From NCBI GenBank assembly GCA_002633005.1, contig NMRA01000558.1:134441-198440 (forward strand): DNA of 64,000 nucleotides, read 5' to 3'. How positions within the stretch are numbered: position 1 is the stretch's first letter; the number at the start of each line of letters is the position of its first letter. The stretch is from Phoronis australis. Its lineage: Eukaryota > Animalia > Phoronida. The notes under the pieces were generated by a model that worked only from the letters and a program-made list of their open reading frames with translations, searched no databases and had not been told where the DNA came from. Made by a program: the position numbers and the translations under genes. Of the stretch, positions 26,317-37,790 are shown one piece after another.

Positions 26317-26704
26317 CACGGCACTGCTGTGCGTCGAACTTGGAAATCCTGCAGTTAATCGCAAGATCGCGTATGCCGATGCGTGAACTTGGTATACGCG
26401 AGGCAAGTTGAGAAGTGCACTCAAATAATCACGTTCATGTTCATAAAAGTTTGCACTGCACTAAATCAAATTATACTGAAGTAAAACGATGTTAATTTTA
26501 ACCGATCTTTTCAACTGAGGATCTAGTTCGGCAATGAGCCATTCAAATATTCCTCGGGTTCTGCGTGAGGCCAATAATTACAAAAATTCTTTTCACTGAA
26601 CAAAAAATTCACCTGATTGCCTTACAGAATATTCAATACCAAGTTTACACGTACGCCACCGTGAGATTAAGCAGGATTCCAAGTTCACGCACAGCACTGC
26701 CGCT
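26317..26704 (+). mobile_element. MITE family A, complete copy with ~45-bp imperfect TIRs
   Basis: Left CGGCACTGCTGTGCGTCGAACTTGGAAATCCTGC; right end reverse-complements to CGGCAGTGCTGTGCGTGAACTTGGAATCCTGC. Confidence 0.8.
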
Positions 26705-26740
26705 GGGCTATTACAGTACGCTGAAGACGTACACATGCGA

Positions 26741-27312
26741 TATTATACCCTCACAAAAAGTAACACCGATTGAAAATTGTATGTACGTACACATTTAGTT
26801 ATAATTAACATACATATACCGACTTCAGAGGCAATTTAGTCAACATACACTGTAATTTAATCCATAAAAATCTGCCGTAGTTCACTCGAGCTTTCTTCAC
26901 AGGGTGCCATTTTGAGGAAGTTAGTACATGAAATCACGTCTCTTGATGAACAAAAAGTACAAGGGACAAAAATCTTGCAAATTCCTCCGTATATATTCCC
27001 ATGCTATGTATGCATGTGTCATGCGCTTGGCTTGAGTCTCATTCTTTTTGTTGCCTAACTCGCGTGACATCAAGTTTGTGGTTATCGTGCAGTGGAAAAT
27101 TTCAATGATGGAGTTGGAATTCTACACCAAAGTCATCTAAATTCCTGAAGACAGGCTTCATAGGTGAAGAAAGAAAGTGCTTTTTTTAAGTGACATTTTA
27201 AAATCTAGACTGTATTTTTGATGGGGTGACAATCTCTTATTTGATGGCTGGAGTTATACTACAACCCATTTAAATACACCTGAAGAGTGTAGTACAGAAA
27301 CCAATGGGAGTA
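26741..27312 (+). mobile_element. Interspersed repeat family B (non-autonomous DNA element), copy 1
   Basis: Collinear inverted homology with 56879-57525 (GCCATTTTGAGGAAGTTA, TGTGGTTATCG, GGAGTTGGAATTCT, GTATTTTTGA-G-GGTGA). Confidence 0.75.
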
Positions 27313-27994
27313 TTTTAGCTCCTAGACAGCCAACTGAGGAGCTACGTGTTGTCTACTTTACGCCTGGCACTGAACAGCACCACAAACACTTACTTGTTCA
27401 GCCTCTTGACGTGTCACTAAAATACTGGAAAGGTAATTGCGATCTATCGTAATATGTGCGCCAAGCAGGCATTTCCGAAAGAACTCGAATCTCGCTAATA
27501 TTGGAAGTATCTGACTCAGGTTCACAAGTCACATTTGTAAACACCCATCGGTACCGGAACCTCTTATTGTTCTTGTTTCTCAGTTTTTTTGTTTGTAACA
27601 AAAAGCCCAAGCGTTTATGATTCAACTTTCAAACGATTCTAAGACAGATTCATTTGTACCACTGTCAATGCTCTAAAGTTTCCGAAATATTGCCATTGAG
27701 TTATCATTATGATAATGTTATGGAAATCCTTAGTGTGTCTGCTATTCATGTTTCCATGAAACCCTGTCACACAGTTTTCGAAGTTGCTCATGACAGTTTG
27801 ATTCATGTTTTGATGTGCAATAATGCATGTAATACACACTTCCAAATTGTTGTACACTGTTGAGGTTCTCACTTTTGTTATTGACTGTATTTGTTTGGCT
27901 GCATCGAGTGGCAAAATTCATGTTTTACAATGACATTTTGTTGTACAAGTATTTGAATATTTGTTTGTTTTGGCAGATTAAACATACTCTCGCT

Positions 27995-28173
27995 ATGGTC
28001 CTGTTTGTGATGATATGTCGAGCCAGTGATGGACTCCCCCTGTTAGCCTCGACAGATGTTGATGAAAGAGTTGACTACCTGCGCGATAGTCAGCGATATG
28101 TTAAGTTGCTGTCAAAGAGAGTCGCACAGTTTCCTGACAGATGCCTTGTGCAAACCGATTCTTTTTCCATATT
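27995..28173 (+). CDS. SEC22A: SEC22A coding exon 1 (MVLFVMICRASDGLPLLASTD...)
   Basis: Acceptor at 27975-27976 implies an upstream 5'UTR exon; donor TT|GTAAGT. Confidence 0.92.
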
Positions 28174-31100
28174 GTAAGTTGTTGTCGATGTCATACATCA
28201 GCTTGTTCCCACTGTTTTTACATTGCTTTGCGTTTTTTACATCGCTTTGCGAGCATACCATTTCTCAAGGTTGAATACACCAAAGCTTGATATCGGAACT
28301 TGATATGTGTAACACGAAAGATGAACGCTTCTATTTCTATGTTGTGGAGCTCTTACAGAAACTTCAGCTGTCAATCACGTGCCCACGTAGCCATGAGCTT
28401 GCAGTTAAATTTCACAACGCAAAAAAACATTTCTGTCACATAAGTCTATAAAATTTGTACAATTGTGATATGCCACCTGAAAAATTTTGTTTTTTTGTTG
28501 TTGGTCATTCCAAGCCCTGTCATGTCCAACTAACTGGTTTTCAGCAGATTTGCACCATTCTTGTTTTGCATGGGGAGAAGATTTTTATTAGAAGATCATG
28601 TCTAATGCGTGTCACATTTTTGCTTACTGGAATCGCAATACTGTCATAGCATTTTAATTGGGTCTATTTGAAGTTTCTTGAATGTGGCGACATCTAAACT
28701 GAAGGGAGAAAAGTTATGTACATCAATGCTTTCAAGGTCTAGGGTTTTGTTAGCGACTCCACAACACCCAATTCACACTTTCTACTACAAATGCTCCTCC
28801 CCATGCTCTGGTGAGGAGGTCTAACATTCTCTGTTTTATGATTGTGTTCTATTTTGTAGCCACATACTGATGCATTGCATTGCTCTAGTTTGATCTAATG
28901 CTTAGGTATATTGTTCAGTTTCAGCAGAAGTGTATTTTATTTTCTACTGTTCCCACCTCTTAAAGTTAGATTGTATATTTATGTGTTATAATTAACATTT
29001 CCTTCGAGATACACTGTAACCATTCTAGTTGCAACCCATGTTCAATCTAAAGCTCACTCTCACAGTTTTAAAAAATTCACTTTTAATTGCCTTTTGTTTG
29101 CCTTTGTTTGCCTTGATACACAAATGCTCAATTTCTCAACTTACAAGTTAATGATTAACTAAATACAACAGACTTAACTTGCCATAGTCTTTGATGATGA
29201 ATTATGATTATTCACGTGTGTTGAATGTAGCTCGACCTAATTTTCATTACAGTTTCATCACAGCACTAGATGTCTCTTTCATCGCTGTGTGTGACTCCAG
29301 TTATCCAGCTGTGTTGTCCTACTGTTTCCTTGATGAGATTCAGAAGGAATTCATTCTCCAGTATGATGTTAGGAAAGTGGAAATTGCAAGTCGACCGTAT
29401 TCATTCATTGATTTTGGTGAGATTCGAAACACATTCAGCAGTCGTGCAATATTCAAAGCCGTCAAATCAGCATAACTTTACATTAATGGCAACAAGTTAA
29501 CATTAGTCTCATAGTCACCCTCTTTCATCACTGATCAGGTGCGGGTAGGCCGAGCATTTCTGAGGCCAGAACAAGTGCTTGCCATTTTCATCATGTCTGC
29601 ATACTTTTCTGTTTCTCATTTCTTGGCATATATAGTTGCATGCATCTATATTTGAAAGTGTGGCCAAGTCCATTGTTGAGTATATTGAAAGTAGGCCCCA
29701 GTTATTATAGGGGCACCCGTTGTTTTTTTTTTTTTTAATTAGTCCCAGTTTGTTTGTGCAATAGAATGGAGATTGTTGTGATTGCCGTATGGCTCCCCAT
29801 GCCAACTCGCTGTCATGGTAGCCGTTGATATTATATTTTACGTCAATTCAAAGTAGAACTGATATAAACGTGCATCCTGTCACAGAAGCAATTTTTAGAC
29901 GATATACATTTGGTATCGACATGTTCCTCAGTTAGATGAGAAGTGATTTCTGAAGTCATGTGTGCCGCATGAAATGAACGTGGCGAGTCAACTTGCAACC
30001 AGGTCTCGATCAGCAACGAGCTGTCAGTTCTTTTGAAGTTCGGACATAGCCTCTGTTTTGACTAAAGAATAATCTTAGATCATTTTCAGAGTAGTAAATG
30101 GTCTGAATTAAAAATATTTTTGTGATGGAAGACACTCAGGTTTATTGCTGTTTTAAGTGAAGAGAGTGTCCAAAGTGAGGAGTCTTGGGATTTTGGTTAC
30201 GAGTAGTATGCTTAGATATACGTGTAGAGTTAGTGTTAAAAAAATCTGGGAAGACTTCGGCAGAACTCTGCCATATTCATTCCGTCAAGCTATGATAAAC
30301 TTTTTAGTTATACCTTATTTTATGGCATTTTTGTCAAAAACATTACAACGCTGCTGTACATACAAATAATAAGGTCGTGTATGTTTATTGTTCGATAGCA
30401 AACTATAGAATTTCTTTGGATTGGCAAAAAGATTAAACCCAAATTTGTGTTCTTTCTTGGCAGTTGGTTTCTGGACTGGACAGCTGGCTGTAATTTCTAC
30501 GAGTACTAAAAATACCCTTCAGGGCCTATATGACTGTGTCATTTCATCACTTGTCTAATGCAAAACATTTCTTTTTGTTGCAAATGTATTGTTTCAGATA
30601 TAAGCGCATGGGCATAAATAGGCACTTATAAGGTTAATGTAATATTTTCGAAGATTTATCATATTTGCAGAAAATGCTCATGGACCGCCTATCAAAATTT
30701 CTCACACCAAACTTACCCTATTTCCTCTTGTTATAGGTGAAAGTTTTGATGTACATTCTGTTATTAATGCTGTAACCAGTGTGTTTATGAGATCCCATTC
30801 ATATTACACTGTATCATGCATTTTAATTCAACTGCTGCATAAATTTACAACTTGTTGGTGACGGTTTTTCCAATCTTTGTAGACTCTCATTTGCGGAAAA
30901 CAAAACAGCGTTACAACAACCCTCGCAGTCTGACGACCAAGTTGAATCTTTCTGACATGAGTCATGAGCTCAGACTGAGGCGTCCTTATGAGATTTCAAT
31001 CACTGAACTTGAGCACTCAATGAATGGAAGCTTTGGTGCTAGCAATGCCAGTCGTTTTAAACCTGCAGGTAAGAATTACAGACAGCCTATCGGCAATACA

Positions 31101-34100
31101 ACCCCCCTCAATACAAAATCAAAACTGCAAGGGACCTATGTTTAACTTATCAAAAGTTGCGAGTCCAGTCATTGTGAAAGAAGCCATCGTCATGTTATTT
31201 AGCATGCTAATGCAAACAGGGCACTGTTTTTTTTACAAGTGAATATGTTGGAACTGACTTGGGTTCAGTATTAGTATGAAGCTTAATATTCAGACATGAC
31301 CTCCTTCACGAGTCGCGTTGATGAATTGTGTGAAAATTAAATTTGAAATTACCACGACTGTCCTCGTGTGACTGATCTTAGACCTTTCGATGTAAAAAGT
31401 GGTCCCCTGATTGTTTGGTAAATTTTCTAACTGTTGTCAATATTTGTGACCCTTATGCTACCAAACTTTATTCGTGGCTCAACTCAAAATTGACCTAAAG
31501 TGCTTTAAAGGGGTATCAACTCGTGAAAATGATGAGCCATTGTTACACTTTTCATTCAATTACCCGAAGCAGATTGAAAATAAATGGCCATTTTTTATGA
31601 AAAATATTACCTATGAACCACAAAAGTTGTCCACTTTGAGACTGAGCTGAACATTATGGTTGGTAACGTTGCATTGCTCCCACCGTGCTCTGCGTTTACC
31701 CTCGTGAAAACACTGCGTTTCAACTATCGCATTGTGGGGTGACTCAATTGCCCAGTGTTACAATAGTTTCAATGGTGAAATAAGCCCGCAGTAGTTATAA
31801 GTACATGACAATGTACTATCACTGTAATTGTGATGTCGTATCTATTGTAGAAGTTCCTGGGAAGCGCACTGGTCCCCTGTCTTGCGCTGGATGGTTATCA
31901 GTTGTGCTCAACCTATCTTGTGTCATTTTAAATGTGATGGAGGGAATGAAGGTGGTGAATGATGCGCATATTGGGGTAGGCCACTGTTTGCTTTGTCGTC
32001 ACTAATCCTCTGGAACTCAAAAGGGATGTTTTAGCGTGTTAAGCTATCAAAATCTTGTTTTGAACAATTTTTTCAAAACAAGATGATAGCTTAAAGTTGC
32101 AATGTACAATATTGTGTTAAAACTATATATTGCTCTTTAAAATTACTGTTGGATAAAAATATTGGCCCTCTCATTGTGCCATAGGTCATGTTAGACATGA
32201 CATTTCCATCCAACTTTTCAATTGCCTGTGTTTGTGTCATGTCTTATTATTAATTTGTCATGGACGACGTCTTGATTTGTAACATCACTTTCATGTCAGT
32301 TCCACTCGGTGTTAATAGCTGCAGTTCACATTCCAGTAAAACCTCACCTACATGTATTTAAGACACACTGTGGCTGACAAGTGAATTTCTATTAGGTCAT
32401 TTTTTCCCCAAGAAAAATTTGTAGCGCCAAATTTGATGACTTTCCGTGTTCAAGTTTTGTACCACAGGTACCATCAATAAAAGTTTTGAAAAGTTGTGGG
32501 CATTCACAACAATGTTACAAGCCCTTGAAAAATGAAAAACGGTGATTTTTGACAATTACTTTTTCCCAGTTTAGTGAGATTTTACTCTACTGTACAATAT
32601 GTTTGTTCTTATTTCCATTGTTATGTTATTAATAATTAATTATTTTGGTCAACTTTTTTATCTCGGGAAAGAGAGCTTCACTGACACAAGGCCTATGTCA
32701 TCACAGGACATAATTTTGTTATTTATTAATGATGTTACTCACTAATAAATTAATATTGAGTAATGCCTGCAATATATTGCTGTCAAACGTATCCATTTGA
32801 TGCACTCAATACTTAAAATTTTCACCGATATAGATGTTCTTTAAAAGTTCTGGTGAACTGCTGCGTTTTCTTCAATGTGCAAACAGTCACCTTGTAAAGT
32901 TCTTGGGAAAACAGAAAAAAATGGCATGCCTCATGGCATTTTTTGAACTATAATGACTCAGCCGATAATCTGCTCTGGATAGTCTTAATTTTGAGAGACT
33001 TCAATTTTTATGTGGGTGACTTTAACAATTGTCTCATTTCTTCCAGGATGATCTGTCAGATTTTGGCAGCCTCTACGATCAAGGAGCTGCATTCCTAGTC
33101 ACGTGTTGTTTACTTCTTTATCAGGTACACATGAATTGTGGGTAACTTGAAGTTAATTAGGTTTTGCTTGAAAAGGGTCCTCTTTTAATCGTCTGGTTGA
33201 GAACAGAAAGTTGTTTTTAATAGTGGTGCACAAGATACGGCTCCCGTGTGGCATGGGTGCACTTATTTCTACAGCTTACTAGGACCACCTAGTGAAATTA
33301 CAAAATAAAACTCAAAAACATTTTTGACATTTTCGCGTCTAGTAATATATGAGCTCAAAATAACTCTCTATTATTCTGAACTCAGACAAGTAAATTGCTT
33401 TTTAGGCACATTGAGTGTCTTGTCCAAGTTTGCACTTGATGACCCTAGATTAGAGCTATAGGCCCACAAGTGAAAACTCCAGATTTCGAGTTCAGTTTGC
33501 ACATATATCTTTAATGTGGGGTAGTCGAGTCAATTTTAAGCTAGGATTCGACTAGTAACGTACTTGAGTACAGACCAATAGACAGTTATCTTGAGTTCAC
33601 ACAAGATTAGAGTACTAGAGGATGTCAAAAATGGTGTTTTATTTTGAGTATCAATATTAGACCCCATGTGCAGACAAGGAGATGGTGCTTGTCTAGTAAT
33701 TTTTTAATTTTTTTTTCTGAAAGTTTGTAGCTCTGTGATTGCATGCAGTAAAATCTCACCCATTTTGGACAAAATAATCGCCGTTATTTTCATTTTTCAA
33801 GGGCTTCTTGCATTGTTGTGATTGCCCTGAAAATTTTAAAATTGTATGTTGCTAGTTATGGTAAAGAACTTGGATATGGGAAGGCGTAATTCAGTCATTG
33901 TATTGCATTTATGAAAAAATGAGAAAATAAAATTTCACCTGTCCACCATATTGTGACATTTTACCGCATTAGTACTACTGAACAGTGTAGTTGTCATTGC
34001 ACCTGCTGCAAACCTATGAATCGTTCCTGAATTTTGTTTCAGCTTTACCTTTTACGTTACTCTTGTCGATGGAAGAAGACCAAAGCATACTCAACCATGG

Positions 34101-34243
34101 TTGCAATATCTGTTTTGACTTTGTACACGAGAGGTTGGAGACATATTTACGAGTTTATATTCATTGTTGGCACATCTATTTTCACGACATTTTCAATTCT
34201 GGCCAAAGTGGTATGTTACAAATCCAGTGATTATGACGTATGA
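27995..34243 (+). CDS. SEC22A: Vesicle-trafficking protein SEC22a-like (longin domain, multiple TM segments), full spliced CDS span
   Basis: Exons 27995-28173, 29253-29416, 30883-31068, 31851-31975, 33047-33124, 34043-34243 give 933 nt (310 aa) with consistent phases. Motifs DGLPLLASTD, FLDEIQKEF, SRPYSFIDF, TKQRYNNPRSLTTKLNLSDM and C-terminal DYDV match SEC22A as recalled. Confidence 0.93.
29253..29416 (+). CDS. SEC22A: SEC22A exon 2 (FITALDVSF...SRPYSFIDF)
   Basis: Phase 2 to 1, longin domain. Confidence 0.93.
30883..31068 (+). CDS. SEC22A: SEC22A exon 3 (SHLRKTKQRYNNPRSL...FKPA)
   Basis: Phase 1/1, GTAAG donor. Confidence 0.93.
31851..31975 (+). CDS. SEC22A: SEC22A exon 4 (VPGKRTGPLSCAGWLSVVLNLSCVILN...HIG), first TM segment
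   Basis: Phase 1 to 0, hydrophobic segment. Confidence 0.85.
33047..33124 (+). CDS. SEC22A: SEC22A exon 5 (DDLSDFGSLYDQGAAFLVTCCLLLYQ)
   Basis: 78 nt, phase 0/0; AF...LYQ as in SEC22A. Confidence 0.85.
33241..33681. mobile_element. Palindromic MITE in SEC22A intron 5
   Basis: Long imperfect inverted arms (CAAAATAAAACTCAAAAACATTTTTGACAT vs ATGTCAAAAATGGTGTTTTATTTTG; GAGCTCAAAATAACT vs AGTTATCTTGAGTTC). Confidence 0.65.
34043..34243 (+). CDS. SEC22A: SEC22A last exon (LYLLRYSCRWKKTK...KSSDYDV*)
   Basis: TTTCAG acceptor, terminal DYDV. Confidence 0.9.
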   Translation, partial: LYLLRYSCRWKKTKAYSTMVAISVLTLYTRGWRHIYEFIFIVGTSIFTTFSILAKVVCYKSSDYDV

Positions 34244-37200
34244 CAAAGATGTTGCTCTTTGATGAATTTCAAACCAATTTATTCATGCAATATCCAGGGC
34301 TGGGTTTGACTCCTGGAAGTTGAGTTATTTTTGCATTTTAGAAGAAATGTGTATCAAGATTTAGGTTACAGTGTGTAACATGCTGTGTTGATGATTATTC
34401 ACCGCATGGTCCTCGTTATAATTTATAACAATTACCTACTGTCAGTCATTTTGCAGTACGTTTTTGTTGCTTAATTTAATTTTTGTTTTTAACATTAGTC
34501 TTGAAAATTTTAATAGCCTTTTCAACAAGATCATTTTTGTTTTCTGTATCTTATTCTGTGCCTGCTGTTGCTTTCTTGTAAACATATGTTTAGGTCATCC
34601 ACATTGAGTGTCATTCCGTTGAGGTCTGTAGTACCGGTACCGCATAATGAAACTTTTCAGTGAATCCTGAAATGTCTTGGACTAGGTATCCATGTCTATT
34701 GATTGGCTCTGAAAAGCTTGTTTTATTGATATGACATGTTTAATAAATTGTTGTTGGGTGGGGTAGGTTTATCAGCTTCAACTAAAGTCATAAAACAACA
34801 AAGTCTGTGTTTTTTGGTATCATTACAAATGTTGTCTGCCAAGTATTCTTTGAAATCAGGGCTGGTGACTATACCAGTGCAATTCCGCTTAAAACACTCT
34901 GCTATTGATCTATTGAGATTTAACTTCCACTAGGGGGAGTGTTAGCTGCAATTGACAGTGGGGTTTCCTAGTTCGATTCCGAGCCTAGATACTAATGCGT
35001 ATTAGCGCTTTCTCGGCTTAACTCTTAGTACTGTACATTGTATTTTTCATAATAAACATTAAAAAAGAAAAAGTTTCTAAGCCTGATTTTTGATAATCAT
35101 TGATGATTTTGTTTGCTGGTAATGTCCCTTTAACCCTAGTGAGTTTGTTGTTTACATTATGTATTGAGCATCACTCTGAGCACCTCCTTTCATAAATTCA
35201 TTGCCAAGTATAATGAACTTTTTGTATTATTGACTTACATTGGTCTACACCATTGCTAGAATCCTTATATGGTGTTCTATTCCAACCTGTATTCATTACC
35301 ACTACTTTGAATTTGCCCTTTCGTTTTTTGTTTTGTTTGTGTTGTCATGGCGAGGCAGTTGGGCATGAAAAGGCCACTTCACTTTAAACACGAGCTTAGG
35401 TTTTAGTGATAAAATCAGGATTTCTTCTGTCCCTCAAGTGTTGCTCCGGTTATCTGTGTAGCTCAATTCCTCCAAAATAACTAAAATACAATCAAAAAAG
35501 GCTTTCAGCTTGTGTGACCATGTCATGCCACTGTTGCAGTTGATTTTGAGGTATTTGATGGACAGTTTTGTTGTGTTTTACTGGTTTGATATTTTAATTT
35601 TCATTCATCAGTTTTAAATATTGAAATTCTTGGAACTGTATTGCTTTAAAGCGGCATTATTAGAGATTCAGAGCCACTCGCTCAGGGCTTGCAATAAATG
35701 GCTTTGCTATATGTAATAGAATTAAACGACTGTGTGGCTAATAGTCAAGTATTTTAAGCCTCTTAAACTCATAAATTAACCAGCCTCTATTTCAGTTAAT
35801 TCTACCAACTCACTGGAAGCACTTAATCAAAAACTTGCGATTTCTAATAACATCACAAGAACAACAAATTTAACTTATAATTAGCTATTTTTTAGCTATG
35901 GTCAAAGCTTATAACTTCAAAAAGTTTATCCAATGTACCAATGATTCCAATTTTTTCAGTGCTGTCCTAAACGCAATTGTGTTCCTTTGTGTTCTTTTGT
36001 TTACATCACCTGTGCTGGAGTTCAATCAACAGATGAAATATGAACAGTTGAAGCCTGTTTTTATGCTAAATCAAAGTTTTGTCTCGTTCAACTTCCCTGT
36101 TCGTTGGGGGGAGGGTGCTGTAAGAGCATCTTGTGGTCTAATATTCCAGCTTGAATTTGCGTCATTTGGTTTTCCTTAAAATTCGTTTTATGAATTTGAA
36201 AGATTTTGTCAACAGTTTGTGAATTGCCGGAAAGGCACCGTTTCTACAGTTTGGCCTACCTTGCTTGACTGTCCCCTTGTATACATTAGGTAAATAGCTT
36301 ATTAACTATGCAACGGTAGTAGCTTTGCAAGAAATTGAGACATTTGGCGTATTTCAAACATGTACAAGTTCAGTTAGACAGTATTGATAGTTAGGTGAAT
36401 ATCTTAGGTATTTACGTCCTATTGGGGAAATGTTTTTTTAAAGTTAACACTAATCAAAAATCGAAAGTCACAAAATGGATGGTTTAAGTTGTGGCTCACT
36501 GTTCCACAGTGATTGTAGTGAATTTTAAAATTGCATTTCATTCCCAAGTACAACCTAAAATTAAAACTAACTCTCACAAACTTGTCTCAAAGTTTCAAGA
36601 CCTATTACAGCCATTCATTTCTGCTACAAAAGGAATTCAAGAGTCATTTGACATTGATTTGAAGCAGTTCAATTTCTGACGTTTTGGCACACCCCATCAG
36701 AACTGATGGCTTTTTGAAACTCATCGCCAGTGCTGTAGTGTGCTTTTTGCTTCTTCTCTTGTTATGCCGATCGACCGGACTTTGCAAGCGATGATTCAAG
36801 TGTAGTAAACTGCAACTTCCACAGACCCTCTTGATTGGTTACCCCGTTGTCTGTGCCATCAAGAAGGTGAGCTCTGGGAACCAAATTGGTATAGTACGCA
36901 GTTCATAGAGATACACGTGTTATTTCAAGCCCTTCGCTGCTTTACTATGAGCGACCTACACAGACGTCATGATACTGGGGTTTTGCATGCTGGTTTCAAA
37001 GATTTTGGTGTTCAACAGGAGAAGAGCAACGAACCAAACTGCACAAGGACTTAGCACCCAAGCGGCAAGCCTTGTTCTCTTTGTTTTAGATTTTCGAAGT
37101 TTCTGTCCATCCAGTTTTTCGTCCACAACAACGCCTAAGCAAACGCAACATTTTGGGTTGCGATGTCAAGGCTTTACGTCTGCACATGCCAAATTCATGT

Positions 37201-37739
37201 ATCGTTTGTTCTGTCCACGGGATTGTGCATGCAAGAGTTTTCCAGAATTGCTGCAATCACCGTTTCTCCGGTACATTGAAAGGACGATTTCAAATTAAGA
37301 GGTTGCGCTTTTGCAGCCAGCAGCTACGTTTTCAAAAGAAAACCCCTGGACAGTGTGTAGACGGGGCCTTGTTAAAATTTTGTATCCACGTTCCTACTCC
37401 CAGTGTGTTTGATAAGATGTAATATACACATTACTGGTGTAACGAGATTGGCTTTTTCTTAAACAATGACCATACCTCATTGGTCGCACACTAATTCTAG
37501 CTCTTTGTGGGGTGTGAAACCAACTTTTTATGGTCACAAATTAAAGCAAATTACTATAACTGAAGGAAGAAACCACGCGATTCATTTAATATCGCTTGGA
37601 ATCCAATGATCTTTCCAAGAACACTTCGTTAGACTAAAGTCCATTTAATTTCTTGTCTTCTTATTTCTCTTGATTTAAATTCTTCTTGTGAACGTCTTCC
37701 TTTCATTCCTCAGTAAATGAGTGCAGTATGGGCAGATGG

Positions 37740-37790
37740 TTACCCGATGTATGAACCGCCAGTATTACCGTTGATTAAATCCTCAATTAC
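37740..37790 (-). CDS. Last coding exon of the dispanin gene (VIEDLINGNTGGSYIG*)
   Basis: TGTTCCAG acceptor, phase 0, TAA stop. Confidence 0.65.
   Translation of the reverse strand, partial: VIEDLINGNTGGSYIG

Noticed and set aside
34933-34990. tRNA-like sequence (TAGTTCGATTCC B-box)
   Set aside because: No pairing acceptor stem or anticodon arm could be built; at most a SINE remnant. The same applies to TGGTGTAGTGGTTAA near 39094.
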